Made by a program: the position numbers and the translations under genes | From: Lytechinus pictus | Lineage: Eukaryota | DNA: 64,000 bases | Direction of reading: 5' to 3' | Assembly (NCBI RefSeq): GCF_037042905.1 | Contig: NC_087252.1 | Span: forward strand, 27,158,001-27,222,000 | The notes under the pieces: model-generated | Databases searched by the model: none | The model's input: the letters and a program-made list of their open reading frames with translations, nothing else | Told to the model about the DNA's origin: nothing | Part shown: positions 51,200 to 64,000 of the stretch, piece by piece | How the letters are laid out: every line of letters starts with the position of its first letter | Position numbering within the stretch: the first letter of the stretch is position 1

Positions 51200-51530
51200 A
51201 GTAGTGCTGAGGAGCGGATTAGTCTTCGGACTTTGAAACAAAGGGTCGGGGTTCAAATACCACCCATGGCGTAGTTTTCTTTAGCAAGAAATTCATCCAC
51301 ATTGTGCTGCACTCGACCCAGGTGAGGAAAACGGGTACCTACAGTAGAAATTAATTCATTGAAACGCTTGTGCGCTGTAAGTAATTACGACCGCCAAGCT
51401 GAAGCCAAGCCAAGGTAATAATTTCCAAGTCCTTTGGAAGTACATAGGGACGTTACAACCATAATGTGATATGCGCTATACAATCACTGTTAATTTTCAG
51501 CGTTATTATATTATCATCATTATTATTAAT
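51200..51530 (+). mobile_element. tRNA-derived SINE
   Basis: GGATTAGTCTTCGGACTTTGAAACA..GGTTCAAATACC head; CTGCACTCGACCCAGGTGAGG core; (TTA)n tail. Confidence 0.8.
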
Positions 51531-53189
51531 AATCGTAAGAGAATATATCATTCAGGCAAAGTCGGCAAACTGGAACGATTAGGTTACGTATGATAACGTC
51601 AAAAGTAGCAAATTATTCCAAGTAGAGCTACATGTATATGTATGAATGTACAATATAAAGAATGTATTAACCTTGGAAACTGAATGACGTCAGTACACTG
51701 CCGTACTGATAAAAATATTTAATTTGCCGTAAGAAAGAAAGGGACGTGCAATTGAAAATATGATAACAAAACTTTGGAGGGAGAGATATTAAGAGAGAGA
51801 CAGAAAGAGAGGGATAGAGAGAGGGGGGGGGGTGACGGGTAAGGGTTAAGGGGGAGTATAATTGTCAAGGTTTTGTTGTCATCACCCTACATTACCCTGC
51901 ATCACCCAAGTATTATTCTTTGGAGCTTCACATATAATATGAAAATATATGAATGTATAGTACAGATGACGTGTTTTCTAGGTATACGTCAATAGTTATC
52001 AATTTGGAATATTTCAATCTAATTTCATTAGGTGGTCTAAAATTGTGTCGTGTACGTGACAAATTATGCGATATGTATAGTCCTATGTCACGATCATCAT
52101 ATCTTCATTCTATAAAACGTCAAGAAAAGATAGGAAAATTATTCTTACAATATTATCATTGAGTGTTTGCCTCTACAGTTTTTGGCCTAAAAAAATATTA
52201 CAAACATACCCTATATAATCTTGTTTTGACCAAGAGCCCCGGCGAATCATAGGACTATTTTATAATTAAGCTTTTAATTTGCGTTTAAAACAAAATCTAA
52301 AAAAATCCTACTTTTTATTGATGTGCTGTGTAAAGATTTGTCCAAGATTTACATGGAAACGAATACAATAAAAGTTAAAGTACATTCATAATGCAAGAAA
52401 ATCGCTCCAAGTTGTATTATATAAATTTCTGAACTGCATAATACAAGTGAAGAAAATTATGTGCCTTGAAAAACTCAATATCCCTTTCAACGAACCAATT
52501 GCTCTGAGAGCGGCTTTGCCCATTCATGATGCCACTCAACTATGGTTTTGCGTCCATAAAATAAACTACCTACATTTCCTGAAAGAATAGATATAAATGC
52601 TTTGTTGTTCGTTTTGTAAGGGCCGGTTGATGCTTTTAAGCGGAGACAATATGACTGGGCGACAAGCAAGCAACACTATTCAGGAAATACAGCGATGTCA
52701 TTTTCTTGAAGTACAAATCGACGATTACCGTAAAAATGCCATTCAAAGCAGTGATTTCGTGCTTATAAATCGTATTATAATCCGTTGAAAAGGGCCATTA
52801 TATTCCACTACAGGATTGGAATAGATAACAGTACTGTTTCAATGTTTTGTTTCCGATACGGAGAAAATCTTCTTGAATTTCCGATCAAGATCATCGTTGA
52901 CGTCATCAAGTAGTCACGGAGTTTTTCCACAATTATTATAACAGCTTTTAGTATTAATAAATGTCTTGGGCCATTCACCTATATGAAGTAGACAGTTTAA
53001 ATGAAATAATAAACATCCATTTAAGAGGAATAATAAGAAGAGATTTACGGTGGATAATTGTCTGTGGAAAAGTAACGAACAGTTAAAAACAATCTTGAAT
53101 CTTGAATAGGCTTTAGATAAATCTTTAACGCCCCTCTTCCTGCATAAATAAATAAATAAATATATATATGCAAGAAGAGGGGGAGGGGG

Positions 53190-53247
<58 letters not shown>

Positions 53248-54274
53248 CCCCATATATATATATAATTACCCCCTCCCCCTGTTGCTATCATTTATGTCTT
53301 GAATTTATCACCCCAGCATTTTTGTTTTATATCGACAGAACAGAATAAGTGTCGTTATCCATGTTATCTGACAAAACGTACGTCACAATTATTAAGTTCT
53401 AAACACGTATTATCGTCTAATTTCGTTAAGTGTTACACGTGGTAAATATAATTTGCCCATTTGATCCATTATCGCGAAATGGCCCGGGCATTCCGCCACG
53501 ATGGTAGTTTCCCCCAGGGTATTATTCCTATTACCCCCCTAATACTCCCCATTAGATTTCTATTACTGAAGATTTAATGAACCATTGGTATTACTAAGAA
53601 AGCATTCGTTTAGATTGATAGCCTGGATGTCCCGGTCATACCGGGATATCGTAGGACTCCGATATCAACCGATACTTTGGTTCGATTTGCATGAGACAAA
53701 AATAGATAAATGGAGAGAAAGAAAGAGAGAAAGAGAGAGAGGGGGGGGGGGGGTGGAGAGAGGGGATTTGTATTTGGGTCAGCTGCCCATTATATAACTT
53801 CATCTACATCCAAATTCGCCGCCACGGGGAGGGGCATATGGGTGACCATCCCCTCCGATTTTTCAAATATTCAACAAAAAAAAAGAAGAAAAGCTGGCAT
53901 TAAGGGAAGGTAAAAGAAAGAAAAAGAACATAAAACAAGAGTTTGGACTGTTTGATTCTATTGCACCCCCATTATTTATTTGAGAAAACAATATCTTCAC
54001 CCCTTCACTCGTCAAGCCCAACCCCCGCCCCCTCCCCATCAGGATACCATGGCACCAAAGTCCACTATGATCTCTACTACAAGTGGATTGAGTGGTATGA
54101 TGTACTGGGATGTCATTCAGCAATATTATCGAATGAAGCGCAGGATTCCATATTAAACATATTTTATTCAGTCGTCCATTTCACATCACTTTCCCGTAAG
54201 GTTAATCATCTCAATATGAAAGTCTAACACTTCAAAATGTCCTCTAAAATAACCTGCATAAATCCACGACTAGA

Positions 54275-54604
54275 ATAATAATAATAATGATAATAATAAT
54301 AATAATACTGATAATAATGATAATAATAAAAATAGGCATTTATATAGAGCCATCTATCTAGAAATATTCTATTCCAAGGAGCGTTGTTATTATTGTTATT
54401 ACCCTGGCTTTAGCTCGAGCTGCCTTTCAGCGCTCATGCATTCAAGGAATTAATCCTGCCGGGTACCCATTCACCTCACCTGGGTTGAGTGCAGTACTAT
54501 TCGGATAAATTTCTTGCTGAAGGAAATTACGCCATGGCTGGGATTCGAACCCACGACCCTCTGTTTTAAAGTCAAAAGACTAATCCACTGGGCCCCAACG
54601 CTCC
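54275..54604 (-). mobile_element. tRNA-derived SINE (same family as 51200)
   Basis: minus strand GGAGCGTTGGGGCCCAGTGGATTAG...GGTTCGAATCCC A/B boxes, core and triplet tail. Confidence 0.88.
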
Positions 54605-56334
54605 ACATCACAAGTTCCACAAGTATGGAACATTCAAGCGATAACAACATTAACGAATACAATTTCACCTTTTAAAAATTATCGTCTTTCGTAAAACGTC
54701 CCCCAAAGCTACATTTTTTTATTTAGTTTGCCTGTGTCCGCTTACACCATGAACATAGCGTCAACGCGCAGTGGCGCTGGGCAAATATTTTGCTATCTCG
54801 GAGGGCCTGTCATCCGAGATGTTTGGCCTATTATCGCTAAAAGAGCTGACCAATATTCGGCCATCATTTAAGTAATTCGAATGGTTAAGTTATTTCCTGA
54901 TTAAGGATTTAGGGTGGGCATAGTGACGATTTGTTTGTACATCCCAGGGGTATTAGATACTGAATGTAGTGACCGGATTATAATTCCCCTCGATGTAATT
55001 AGGAAATGGTTATCCTTGTAAAGGGAAGTGATGTCTGAATTGCCTGTCAAAATATTTTAGGAAAGGCAATCCTGACAGCCCGTCTCGTTGAGTCACTCTG
55101 CTATCTACCTCTTCGCAGCCTTAGGAAGGGTCACTTCACATGCTTAAAAAGAAATAAATGAGCTACACGCCTACAAGGTATTTTAGGAAGATATTTTACA
55201 CAAGATATTTTAGGAAGAATCTGACTAAAATAGTCTCATGAAGAGGATTGATCTGCAAAAGTGATCTTTAATACAGGATATTAGAAATATCAGTGAGAAA
55301 ATATTGAACCAATGTCTGTGCGCAATTCCACGGATGCTTATCTCTGTGCAGTATACACGGTATATGAGACCTTCAACCAGTGGATTCGAAAAAGTTTTTT
55401 TCCCTTTTCGGTGTATCCAAGACGTATCAGCGAAGAGCAGTGTTTAGATACATTATACAATCTGTCTTCTTTATCAGTGTGAGATAGTTTTCCAAATGTT
55501 CGCAGAAAGGCCGTGAACTTTTTTTTCATCTCTAGTAGACTTATACGAAGTAGTCGTAAAGTTCTCATTAATAATTGTTTTTAAACGCCCACTTTTAAGC
55601 ATCGGATGATAGATTGAATGACTACAGTGCTTTCCCTTTTCCCTCAACAGCCAGAGGACATTGCAGTACTGATAAATGCAAACGGGTCACTTTTATTGAC
55701 GGGAAGAGGGGAGAGGGGTGACAAAGGGCTGCTCATTCTAATATTTATGAAACTACGTCATTGGCACGCCTGACTAAAGAAGATGTTAAGAGATAATCGC
55801 AGAATTGTATCAAAAGGCGTTCCTGCTTTTTTAGCAATCAGATAAAAAAGAATGAGCACCACCACCTCAACCAAATGTAAAGAAAATATTTCCATACCAC
55901 CACTGGAGCTGATCCAGGAGGGGAGGGGGGGGGGTGCGGGCACACCCTCGAAAATTGAAATGCAAGAAAAAATACGTTCATTTTGGAACGATTACAATCT
56001 TTTTTTTTTGCTTGTCAGATTTTTGGGAAGACCAAGAATCCTTCATTTTGGGTGTTGACCTTTTTTTATTGGTGTTTGCTTTTACTTCTCAGAGTTTGGG
56101 GACATAAAGCACCCCCTTTGAAAGGTCGTGGATCTGCTGCTACTACAATAATTGCCATGTGGTACCCATATTATACAAAATTACATAGTACCTTAGAAAA
56201 GCTTACCATTTACACGTCATCATACATCGGAAAAAATGACTTGATCAATATCGGCGTAGAGTACGAAAGCTTAGGGTATTTTTAATTCCTTAGAGTTTTA
56301 GATCTATTATAGATCATAATCATAATAGACTGCA

Positions 56335-56389
56335 ACAACAATAACAACAACTACTACTACTACTACTACTTCTACTACTACTACTACTC

Positions 56390-56460
<71 letters not shown>

Positions 56461-56783
56461 ACTTCTCCTCCTCCTCCTCCTACTACTACTACTAATAATA
56501 ATAATACTACTACTACTTCTACTAAAACGGCTGCTACAATTCAGAAACACCTTTCATTTTAATCATTACTCAGCGGATACTTCTACTTCTCTAACAATCA
56601 CTACAACTACTTTATTTTCGAAAATAGGAAATTCCATATTCACTATAGATCAATGCTTCTATGCAAGTACTACTCCTATTGTTACATTTTCTTCTATTAC
56701 AACAAAGACATCATCTTCTACTTCTACTACTACTGCTAATACTATTATTAATATTACCACTACTACTGCTACCACTGCTGCTG

Positions 56784-56822
<39 letters not shown>

Positions 56823-56924
56823 TTACTACTGGAATCACGTTCTAATGTCCCATTAGTCCGAAAAATCCTACTTCTCCAACAATCACTACTAATTCTATGT
56901 CTACTTTTATCACTACTCTTCTTA

Positions 56925-56965
<41 letters not shown>
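56335..56965. repeat. (ACT/GCT) microsatellite cluster
   Basis: direct reading. Confidence 0.92.
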
Positions 56966-56968
<3 letters not shown>

Positions 56969-57925
56969 GTTATAATAGAATGAAGCATTTATATAGCGCT
57001 AAAACAAATGTTGAGGCGCTGCATACTATTACCCCAGCTTTAGCACGGCTACCCTGATCGGACGCACGAGCATTCAGGAAATTCCTTCCTACCGGGTAAC
57101 CTACATCTGGGTGGAAAGTGGCAAATGTAGATAAACGCCTTGTCAAAGGACGCGAGTGCTGCTGTGGGATTTGAACCCCGAACATTCTGTCCGGTGACTT
57201 ATCCACCGAGCCACAACTACTATTACTTATCGCTACTTCTTTAACATACTCTCTTACAACTCCTCTACTAACTACACATCTACTTTAGATAACACTGCTA
57301 CAACATTACAGATCCTAATATTATATTTACTTCGATTACAAAAATAATATTAACAATGGTAACTATAGTGTGCATACTGATATTATCACAATTTTTGTTA
57401 CTATTTCTACTTCTTCTTCTACTACTACTACTACTACTACGACTTCTAATTATAATAAAATGATGCATTTATATAGCGCTAAAAACAAATGTTTAGGCGC
57501 TGCATACTATTACCCCAGCTCTAGCATGGCTATCCTGATCGGACGCACGAGCATTCAGGGAATTCCTTCCTACCGGGTAACTATTTACTACATCTGGGTG
57601 GAAAGTGGCAAATGTAGATAAACACCTTGTCAAATGACGCGAGTGCTGCTGTCGGATTTGAACCCCGGACATTCTGGTTCAAAGTCCGGTGACTTATCCA
57701 CTGAGCCGCAACTACTTTTACTTATACCATTTCTATCATTACTTCTTTAACGTACTCTCATACTACTCCTACAACTAAGTACACATCTACTGATGATAAC
57801 ACTGCTTCAACCTCACTGATCCTAATATTAAATTTACTTCGATTACAACAATAATGTTAACAATGGTAACTATAGTGTGCATACTGATATTATCACAATT
57901 TTTGTTACTATTTATACTTTTTCTT

Positions 57926-57930
<5 letters not shown>
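56966..57930 (-). repeat. tandem ~480-bp duplication, each unit containing a SINE plus unique flank
   Basis: 56966-57420 aligns with 57445-57925 by eye; the units are bounded by (ACT)n. Confidence 0.85.
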
Positions 57931-57974
<44 letters not shown>

Positions 57975-58249
57975 CGCTACTACTACTACTGCTACTACTA
58001 CTACTTCTATTACTACTTCTGCTAATCCTACAAAAACTTCTACTACTATCCATTACTTCTTCTACTGCCACCACTACTATATTCATGATATTTCTATCCC
58101 TACATTTTTCTTCTGCTTCTACCACAAATGCTTATGCTTATTCTTCGACTTCTATTACCACTTGTACTATTACTACTTATAGCAACCCCTTCGGTTATTG
58201 TTATTTCTAAAGCATCAACTGATACTACTACTTTTTTTTTTTTTAAGGA

Positions 58250-58593
58250 AGGGGCGGATCCAGAATTTTCCAAAATAATGGGGGGGGGGGGCACATTTTT
58301 GCAAGGAAAATTGGACAAGCAAAGAAAACCCCCAAAAGGGTTTTCACAAAAAAATGAGGGTCATTTTTCCCTCGTAAAATGTTACAAACAAGCAAACAAG
58401 CAAGCAAAAAAAAGGTCCTCACCTGTGTATGAATTAAAATAAGTTTGGTTGTGACTCTAAAAAAGGAGAGGAGGGGGGCAACGTCACACTTGTGAATGAA
58501 ATATATATTCCCATTAAAACAATATTTACTATGACTCTCGAGGGGGGGGGGGGGCACGGGCCGGATGTGCCTTCTCCCCCTGGATTTGCCACT
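58250..58593. mobile_element. poly-G hAT-like MITE
   Basis: GGGGCGGATCCAG ... CTGGATTTGCCACTG ends. Confidence 0.7.
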
Positions 58594-58679
58594 GATTTCA
58601 TATCTACTGTAGATAACACTGCTTATGCGTACCAGCTCCTACTATAACATTTACTTCTACTATAGGAATAAGAGCAACA

Positions 58680-58755
58680 ACTAAGCATTGTGGCGTGCGC
58701 CTGTAATCCAGGCTACATGGGGGAGGTTATGAGCTGATGCAAAGGTTCGAGCTCT
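58680..58755 (+). pseudogene. 7SL (SRP) RNA Alu-domain-like sequence (pseudogene fragment or SINE head)
   Basis: GTGGCGTGCGCCTGTAATCCAGGCTAC..GGGAGG resembles the conserved metazoan 7SL 5' end GTGGCGCGTGCCTGTAGTCCCAGCTACTCGGGAGG. Confidence 0.55.
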
Positions 58756-58785
58756 AGTCAAAACTGCAAAACTCAAGCGCACACA

Positions 58786-58952
58786 CACTGTAAAAAATGA
58801 AGTGCTAATTTAGCACTTCCATTGCCTGTATAGTGACTGTACTACGAGTGCTGATATTCTAGTTCAAATTTAAACTAGAAAATCAGCACTCGTAGTGCAG
58901 TCACTATACAAGCACTGTAAGTGCTAAATTAGCACTTCATTTTTGTACAATG
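58786..58952. mobile_element. near-perfect palindromic MITE
   Basis: CACTGTAAAAAATGAAGTGCTAATTTAGCACTT / AAGTGCTAAATTAGCACTTCATTTTTGTACAATG. Confidence 0.88.
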
Positions 58953-59159
58953 TATTATCACATTTACTTCTACTACAGCAATAAGAGCAACAACTAAGCG
59001 TTGTGGCGTGCGCCTGTAACGTCAAAGATCGGTCCCAGACGTAAATAATCATATCTGCTTGATTCATGCCTGCAAAACTCAAGCGCACACGCATAAAAGA
59101 CATCAGGCAACTTTTATTATTACTACATCTGATTTCTCTATTAATGGTGGTTGTAGGTA

Positions 59160-59181
59160 CCTGCTGCTGCTGCTCCTCCTC

Positions 59182-59233
<52 letters not shown>

Positions 59234-59284
59234 TGCTACTATTACTACTGCTGCTACTACTATTACTACTACTATTATTACTAT

Positions 59285-59328
<44 letters not shown>

Positions 59329-59377
59329 TTACTACTACTACTACTACTACTACTATTACTACTACTACTGCTACTAT
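59160..59377. repeat. (ACT)n microsatellite
   Basis: direct reading. Confidence 0.97.
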
Positions 59378-60076
59378 GTCCAATTTCAATGAATCAGCGT
59401 GGCTTTATGTTCCGGTAATACCTTTTTAATGTATATTCATTACATAGTATAACAAAATCTAATGATTTATCATTCACTAAGCTTTCATTTATATTTCCAT
59501 GAATCTAAGTTTAAACAAATACATTTCATTAATACGAATCGGACATTAACTTTGAACCGATACAAATTTTTTATTTCATACAAATCTTCATTGCTTTATT
59601 AGCAATTTACCCCATGAATTTAGACTTCAGATTAGAAATGGAAAAAAGCGAACGTACACAATCTATTTTCTAATTTTCTTTGTTTTCAAGAATGACTTTC
59701 CGTAATTGTAGTCACTTTAAATTCATTGACATATTTGAGATTGATAATTAACTGAAATAAACAATCATTTTTTTAATATCAACCTTCAGCATGCATCTAA
59801 AAAAACACCATTATCAATTTCACTTTTAATTTTATCATGATAATGCGTCCCTGAAATGTGAACAGATTCGTCATTATCTGACCTAGTGGAGCTAATTGAA
59901 ATAAAGATGAATAGTCGGAAGGCACCAGTTACTTCCATACTTTTTCACATTCCTCCTCTCCAGTGAGGCTATTCGTAGCAAATGTACCCTGTAAAGCCGA
60001 GTACACCTGCTGACAATGTTTTGCCCCTATTACAACTCTTAATTCACCACTAGTAATCATCACCTCATTCTCTTAC

Positions 60077-60330
60077 CTTGTATTGACAATCCTTCTTGCC
60101 TCTCCTCGAAAAATGAAACAAGAATAAAACCAAAAAATACTAAAACTAAAAAAAGATGGAAATCCCTGCGCAGATGTCCTGTTCAGGCAAGCTTACTTCG
60201 TCCTCGTTCGGGTCTTAAATATGATTTAGTTATTTTGGTTTAGACTGGAAAAGTTTTGTTTGAGGTACACCGCCACTCGCCGTACTTCAAGTCACATCTG
60301 TCCTCAAGTCGAGTGAGAGACGGTTTTATA
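60077..60330 (-). promoter_or_regulatory. TATA box plus candidate non-coding first exon (probably of precursor B)
   Basis: TATAAAA at 60330-60324, CA at ~60300, CpG-enriched surroundings, donor CAAG|GTAAGA at 60076. Confidence 0.5.
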
Positions 60331-62231
60331 TTACCCCCTCGAAACGCATCAGCGCTTATTCACTCTGGAGTTGCGGGGACGGATTCATAACAAAATCTGA
60401 CGAGATCGGGAAGGCGAGAAATAGTCGAGAGCTTGTATGGGGAAGAGGAGGATATGATTCGAAAATGTAATAATATTTTAGTTTTTTTTAATAGATTATA
60501 AATTGATTGAGTTTGAATGTAAGTATTATGTTGACAAAGTTAGGATGTGGATAAATGAGGGAAATGTAGATATCTATCAATCACTTTCTTACATAAAGCA
60601 CATAAAAAACCGCATAATCACCCTATAGATTACCGCCAACACACACACACACACACAATGAACTGACACAACATATTCATTCACACAAAGAACACCCACA
60701 CACTTAACACACTCACCCACTTACATACACCCTCGGACACGCCGCTTCCGGCCAAACACACACAATCACGTAAATCAACACATGTGCGTGCACGCCTCAA
60801 CACGTGCAACGTACCAACATCAAGGCACACTTTGTTACCAACACACACACTCATACAAAGTCATGAACACACCCACACTCTGACATACGAGCCCGCGCCT
60901 AACTCTATATAACACATAATACATACATCCCAACACCCTACTACCCAACTTTATTTTAGGAACAGACAATTCCTTCCTTTATGGAAATACTTCCTTTATA
61001 AAACATTGTTTTCAACAAAATTTGACGATTTCTTTTTGCGTTTTCTGAACGCAATGACTTCTAACGGATGCTCACAATATGCAAAACGGTAAATATCGTA
61101 TGTCGTGAACAGGCAGATTTCTAATGGTTTAAGTCGAACTGAACTCTTGTAAATCGCCTCCCTAATGATTCAAAGAAACAAAATATCATGGACTTCTATA
61201 ATTTTGGCTCTACATGAAATAAACTGAACTTTAAGAGGATGGATCAGCGAGGATGGAAAAGTTATTTCTGTTACATGAGTCAAATCAATGAGAATAATTA
61301 CGGGTACTCATCTTATGGTAATCTCTTTATCGCTGTAACCTCTCTGCAACAATACCCTATCATCCTACGATTGATTGAAATACTTTCCGGAACTATTCCT
61401 TCAACCGACAAAAAGGAAACAAAAGCTTCATTTTCCTATTTATTTATTTATTTGAACATATTTATTCAGGTACAAAAGATCAGCATAAAACTGTTTGTCA
61501 TCAATGACCTGATGAAAACATAAAGAACAACATAACCATCATATAATACATGAGAATAAAGTCAAAATCTAAGTCAAAGATAACAATGCTTGGTAACATA
61601 AATAAACAAATATTTTTACTTAAATGATAATATGAATCAAACTGAAATATTAAAGTTATCAAAAAGGGAACAGTTACTAATTATAAAACTACTAAGTGTA
61701 TAATTTATTCACTGATAAAAAAACTGAAATGATAGCAATGAATTGATTATGAAATTATAGAAAATCGAGTGAAACAATGGCAATCAGTTATAAATGTATG
61801 TCTAAAACTATAAAATATCAAAGGGTTAGGATCATTACAAATAATAGCAATTCATTGTTGTCATATTTTCGTGCGTGATTGCATCGTTTATGATTCATGT
61901 ATTTTCTGGTTAAGCTTGAGTCATATTAACGATGAAAACGCAACCGAAACGTCATTTTTGCAGGATCAGTGATCATGAACACCATTGGTCTGTCCTTATT
62001 GCATGACTGACAAGTGTTATATAACAATTGCTACAAAAATCTCTATCTATATCTAATTGCTATTTACTTGGTACTTATATGTTTACAAATCCTAGAGAGC
62101 GTATTACCCACTTTCTCTAAAACTTCATTTACCATTATGAATGGAAAAAAAATTAAACCTACATGATCACGATAAATGTATGAGGCTTTTCCCGGATTAG
62201 AGCACCATCCGAAGTTAATATACCATTTTAA

Positions 62232-62826
62232 AGGACAAGTCCACCCAAACAAAAAGTGGATTTGAATAAAAAGTGAAAAATCCAACAAGCATACACAAAA
62301 AATTTCATCAAAATCGGATGTAAAATAAGAAAGTTATGACATTTTTAAGTTTCGCTTAATTTCACAAAAAAGTTATATTCACATCCTGATCGGTATGCAA
62401 ATGAGGGAACTGATGACATCACTCACTCACTATTTCTTTTGTATTTTATTATATGAAATATTCTAATTTTCTCCTCATTGTCCTGTCAAACAAACTTTTA
62501 TTTCGCCCTAAACATGTGGAATTACCATTGTTTAACATTTTATGTTTCAGTAAAGTTGGTCTTTATTGTCAAATCTGTAAAAATTGAAATATTGTATAAT
62601 TCAAACAATAAAAATCAAAAGAAATAGTGAGTGAGGGACATCATCGATTCTCTCATTTGCATGTGACTAAATTGTACACATAACTATCATGTGAAAAATA
62701 AGCAAAACCTTAAAATGTCATAACTTTCTTATTCTACATCCGATTTTGATGAAATTGTCAGCATTACGCTTGTCTGATTTTTCTCTATTGATTCAAATCC
62801 ACATTTTCCTAGGGTGGACTTGACCT
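62232..62826. mobile_element. TTAA-flanked MITE with long TIRs
   Basis: TTAA|AGGACAAGTCCACCC ... GGGTGGACTTGACCT|TTAA; inverted arms extend ~200 bp. Confidence 0.88.
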
Positions 62827-64000
62827 TTAATAACATCTTAGCATTAATGAAAAAAAAATGATTGCGAGCATAGCTCCAATTTAAAGTATTAAAATCATCC
62901 TTAACAAAGAGTAACGGAAATTGATATCTTTAATAACAAGTAGACAGAATAGCAGAATATGAGTATTGTCATCTATTTTGGTTTTTAGGGAGGTGATGCA
63001 ATATCATATTTTTTCTAAACTGAGTCAGCCTTAATTTGAATTAATCAGTATTTTTTCAGTCATTTCATATTTCAGTGAAATTCATTTGAAAACTAACTAC
63101 CTTTTGTAAAAGGTTCTATATTATGTAAGATTAATGTGTCAAGACGGGGGGAGTATGTGAAAGCAAAAATGGATTAGGAATAGAATTGATATCATTTTGC
63201 GCTTGCAATAAAACGGCCTATATCGTATCTGTAATTTCCATGAACACGGTGTAAGCCAATGCGATTGTCGATGACGCCCTAGTTGATCCCCTGAGCTCAA
63301 TAAATGTTTGTAATCGAGCTGTTTGAAATTGGACTGTTTTCATTAAAAAGTCAAACATGATTGTTTCCAAGTGGTTCCTGATTTGATGCGTGATCAGATT
63401 GGATCAATATTTCGAGTCGGTTTGAAAGGCCTACGGCAAAAATGTTCAATTATATCAAAAGAAGATGTCATAATGTCAAATATCATATGCACTAGCATAA
63501 TTTTGTCTTTTTGTTGTCGTCCTTATTCTTTCCCCTCTTCTCCCCCCTCTTCTTTTCAATTTCCCTTTTTATTTCTCTCTATCTTTTTTTCTATTCCCCC
63601 TACTCGGTTTGTCTCTCTTTCATATTTAATTATTCTCATCTTATTTCTTCTTGTTCTGTTATTCTATTCTATTGTTATAAGAGATGTTTGCTATTCCTTT
63701 TATTCTTTAATCTTATTCCTTAATTGTTCTTCTTTTTTTTATTCATGCTCGCCTTCTTCTCCTCGTCCTTCTCTTTTCCGTCGTACGCATTCATTATGTC
63801 TTTATTTATTTTCTAATTCATTCGTTTTCATCCTCTTATCTAAAACTTAAACGATTATTGTTCTTATTTTTCACGTTCCTGTCATTCATGTTGTTGTTGT
63901 TTTTCTTGTTCCTGTTCTTCCTTTTTCTTTTTTTGTTGCTGCTGTTTTTTATTTCTTCTTCTCCTTCCTCCTCCACTTCCTCTTTCCTTCTTCTTCTTCT

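Overview
AT-rich, repeat-dense eukaryotic (metazoan) genomic DNA with spliceosomal introns. The repeat landscape (many TIR MITEs, tRNA-derived SINEs, a DINE-1/HINE-like element) looks sea-urchin/echinoderm-like, but that assignment is inference. Protein-coding content is sparse. (1) A + strand C2H2 zinc-finger gene with two identifiable coding exons and 10 fingers (5183-7662). (2) Two minus-strand, intron-containing genes about 22 kb apart encoding small secreted prepropeptides (ATGs at 21193 and 43528). The two share the layout signal peptide / acidic spacer / KR-D...EFE / KR-G-x-G-T-x-[RK]-F-[FI], followed by a phase-1 intron at the identical position, so they look like a tandem paralogous peptide-precursor family that I do not recognise. 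For the first gene a phase-consistent splice model gives a 39-aa, 4-Cys, strongly cationic C-terminal peptide that the ORF track does not show. The rest is transposon debris (hAT-like elements with 8-bp TSDs, TTAA- and TA-flanked MITEs, SINEs, a CR1-like LINE fragment), microsatellites, a 7SL/Alu-domain-like sequence and fold-back palindromes, one with a Penelope-type hammerhead-like core. Most ORFs in the supplied track are spurious. All coordinates were read by eye and all splice models are unverified predictions.
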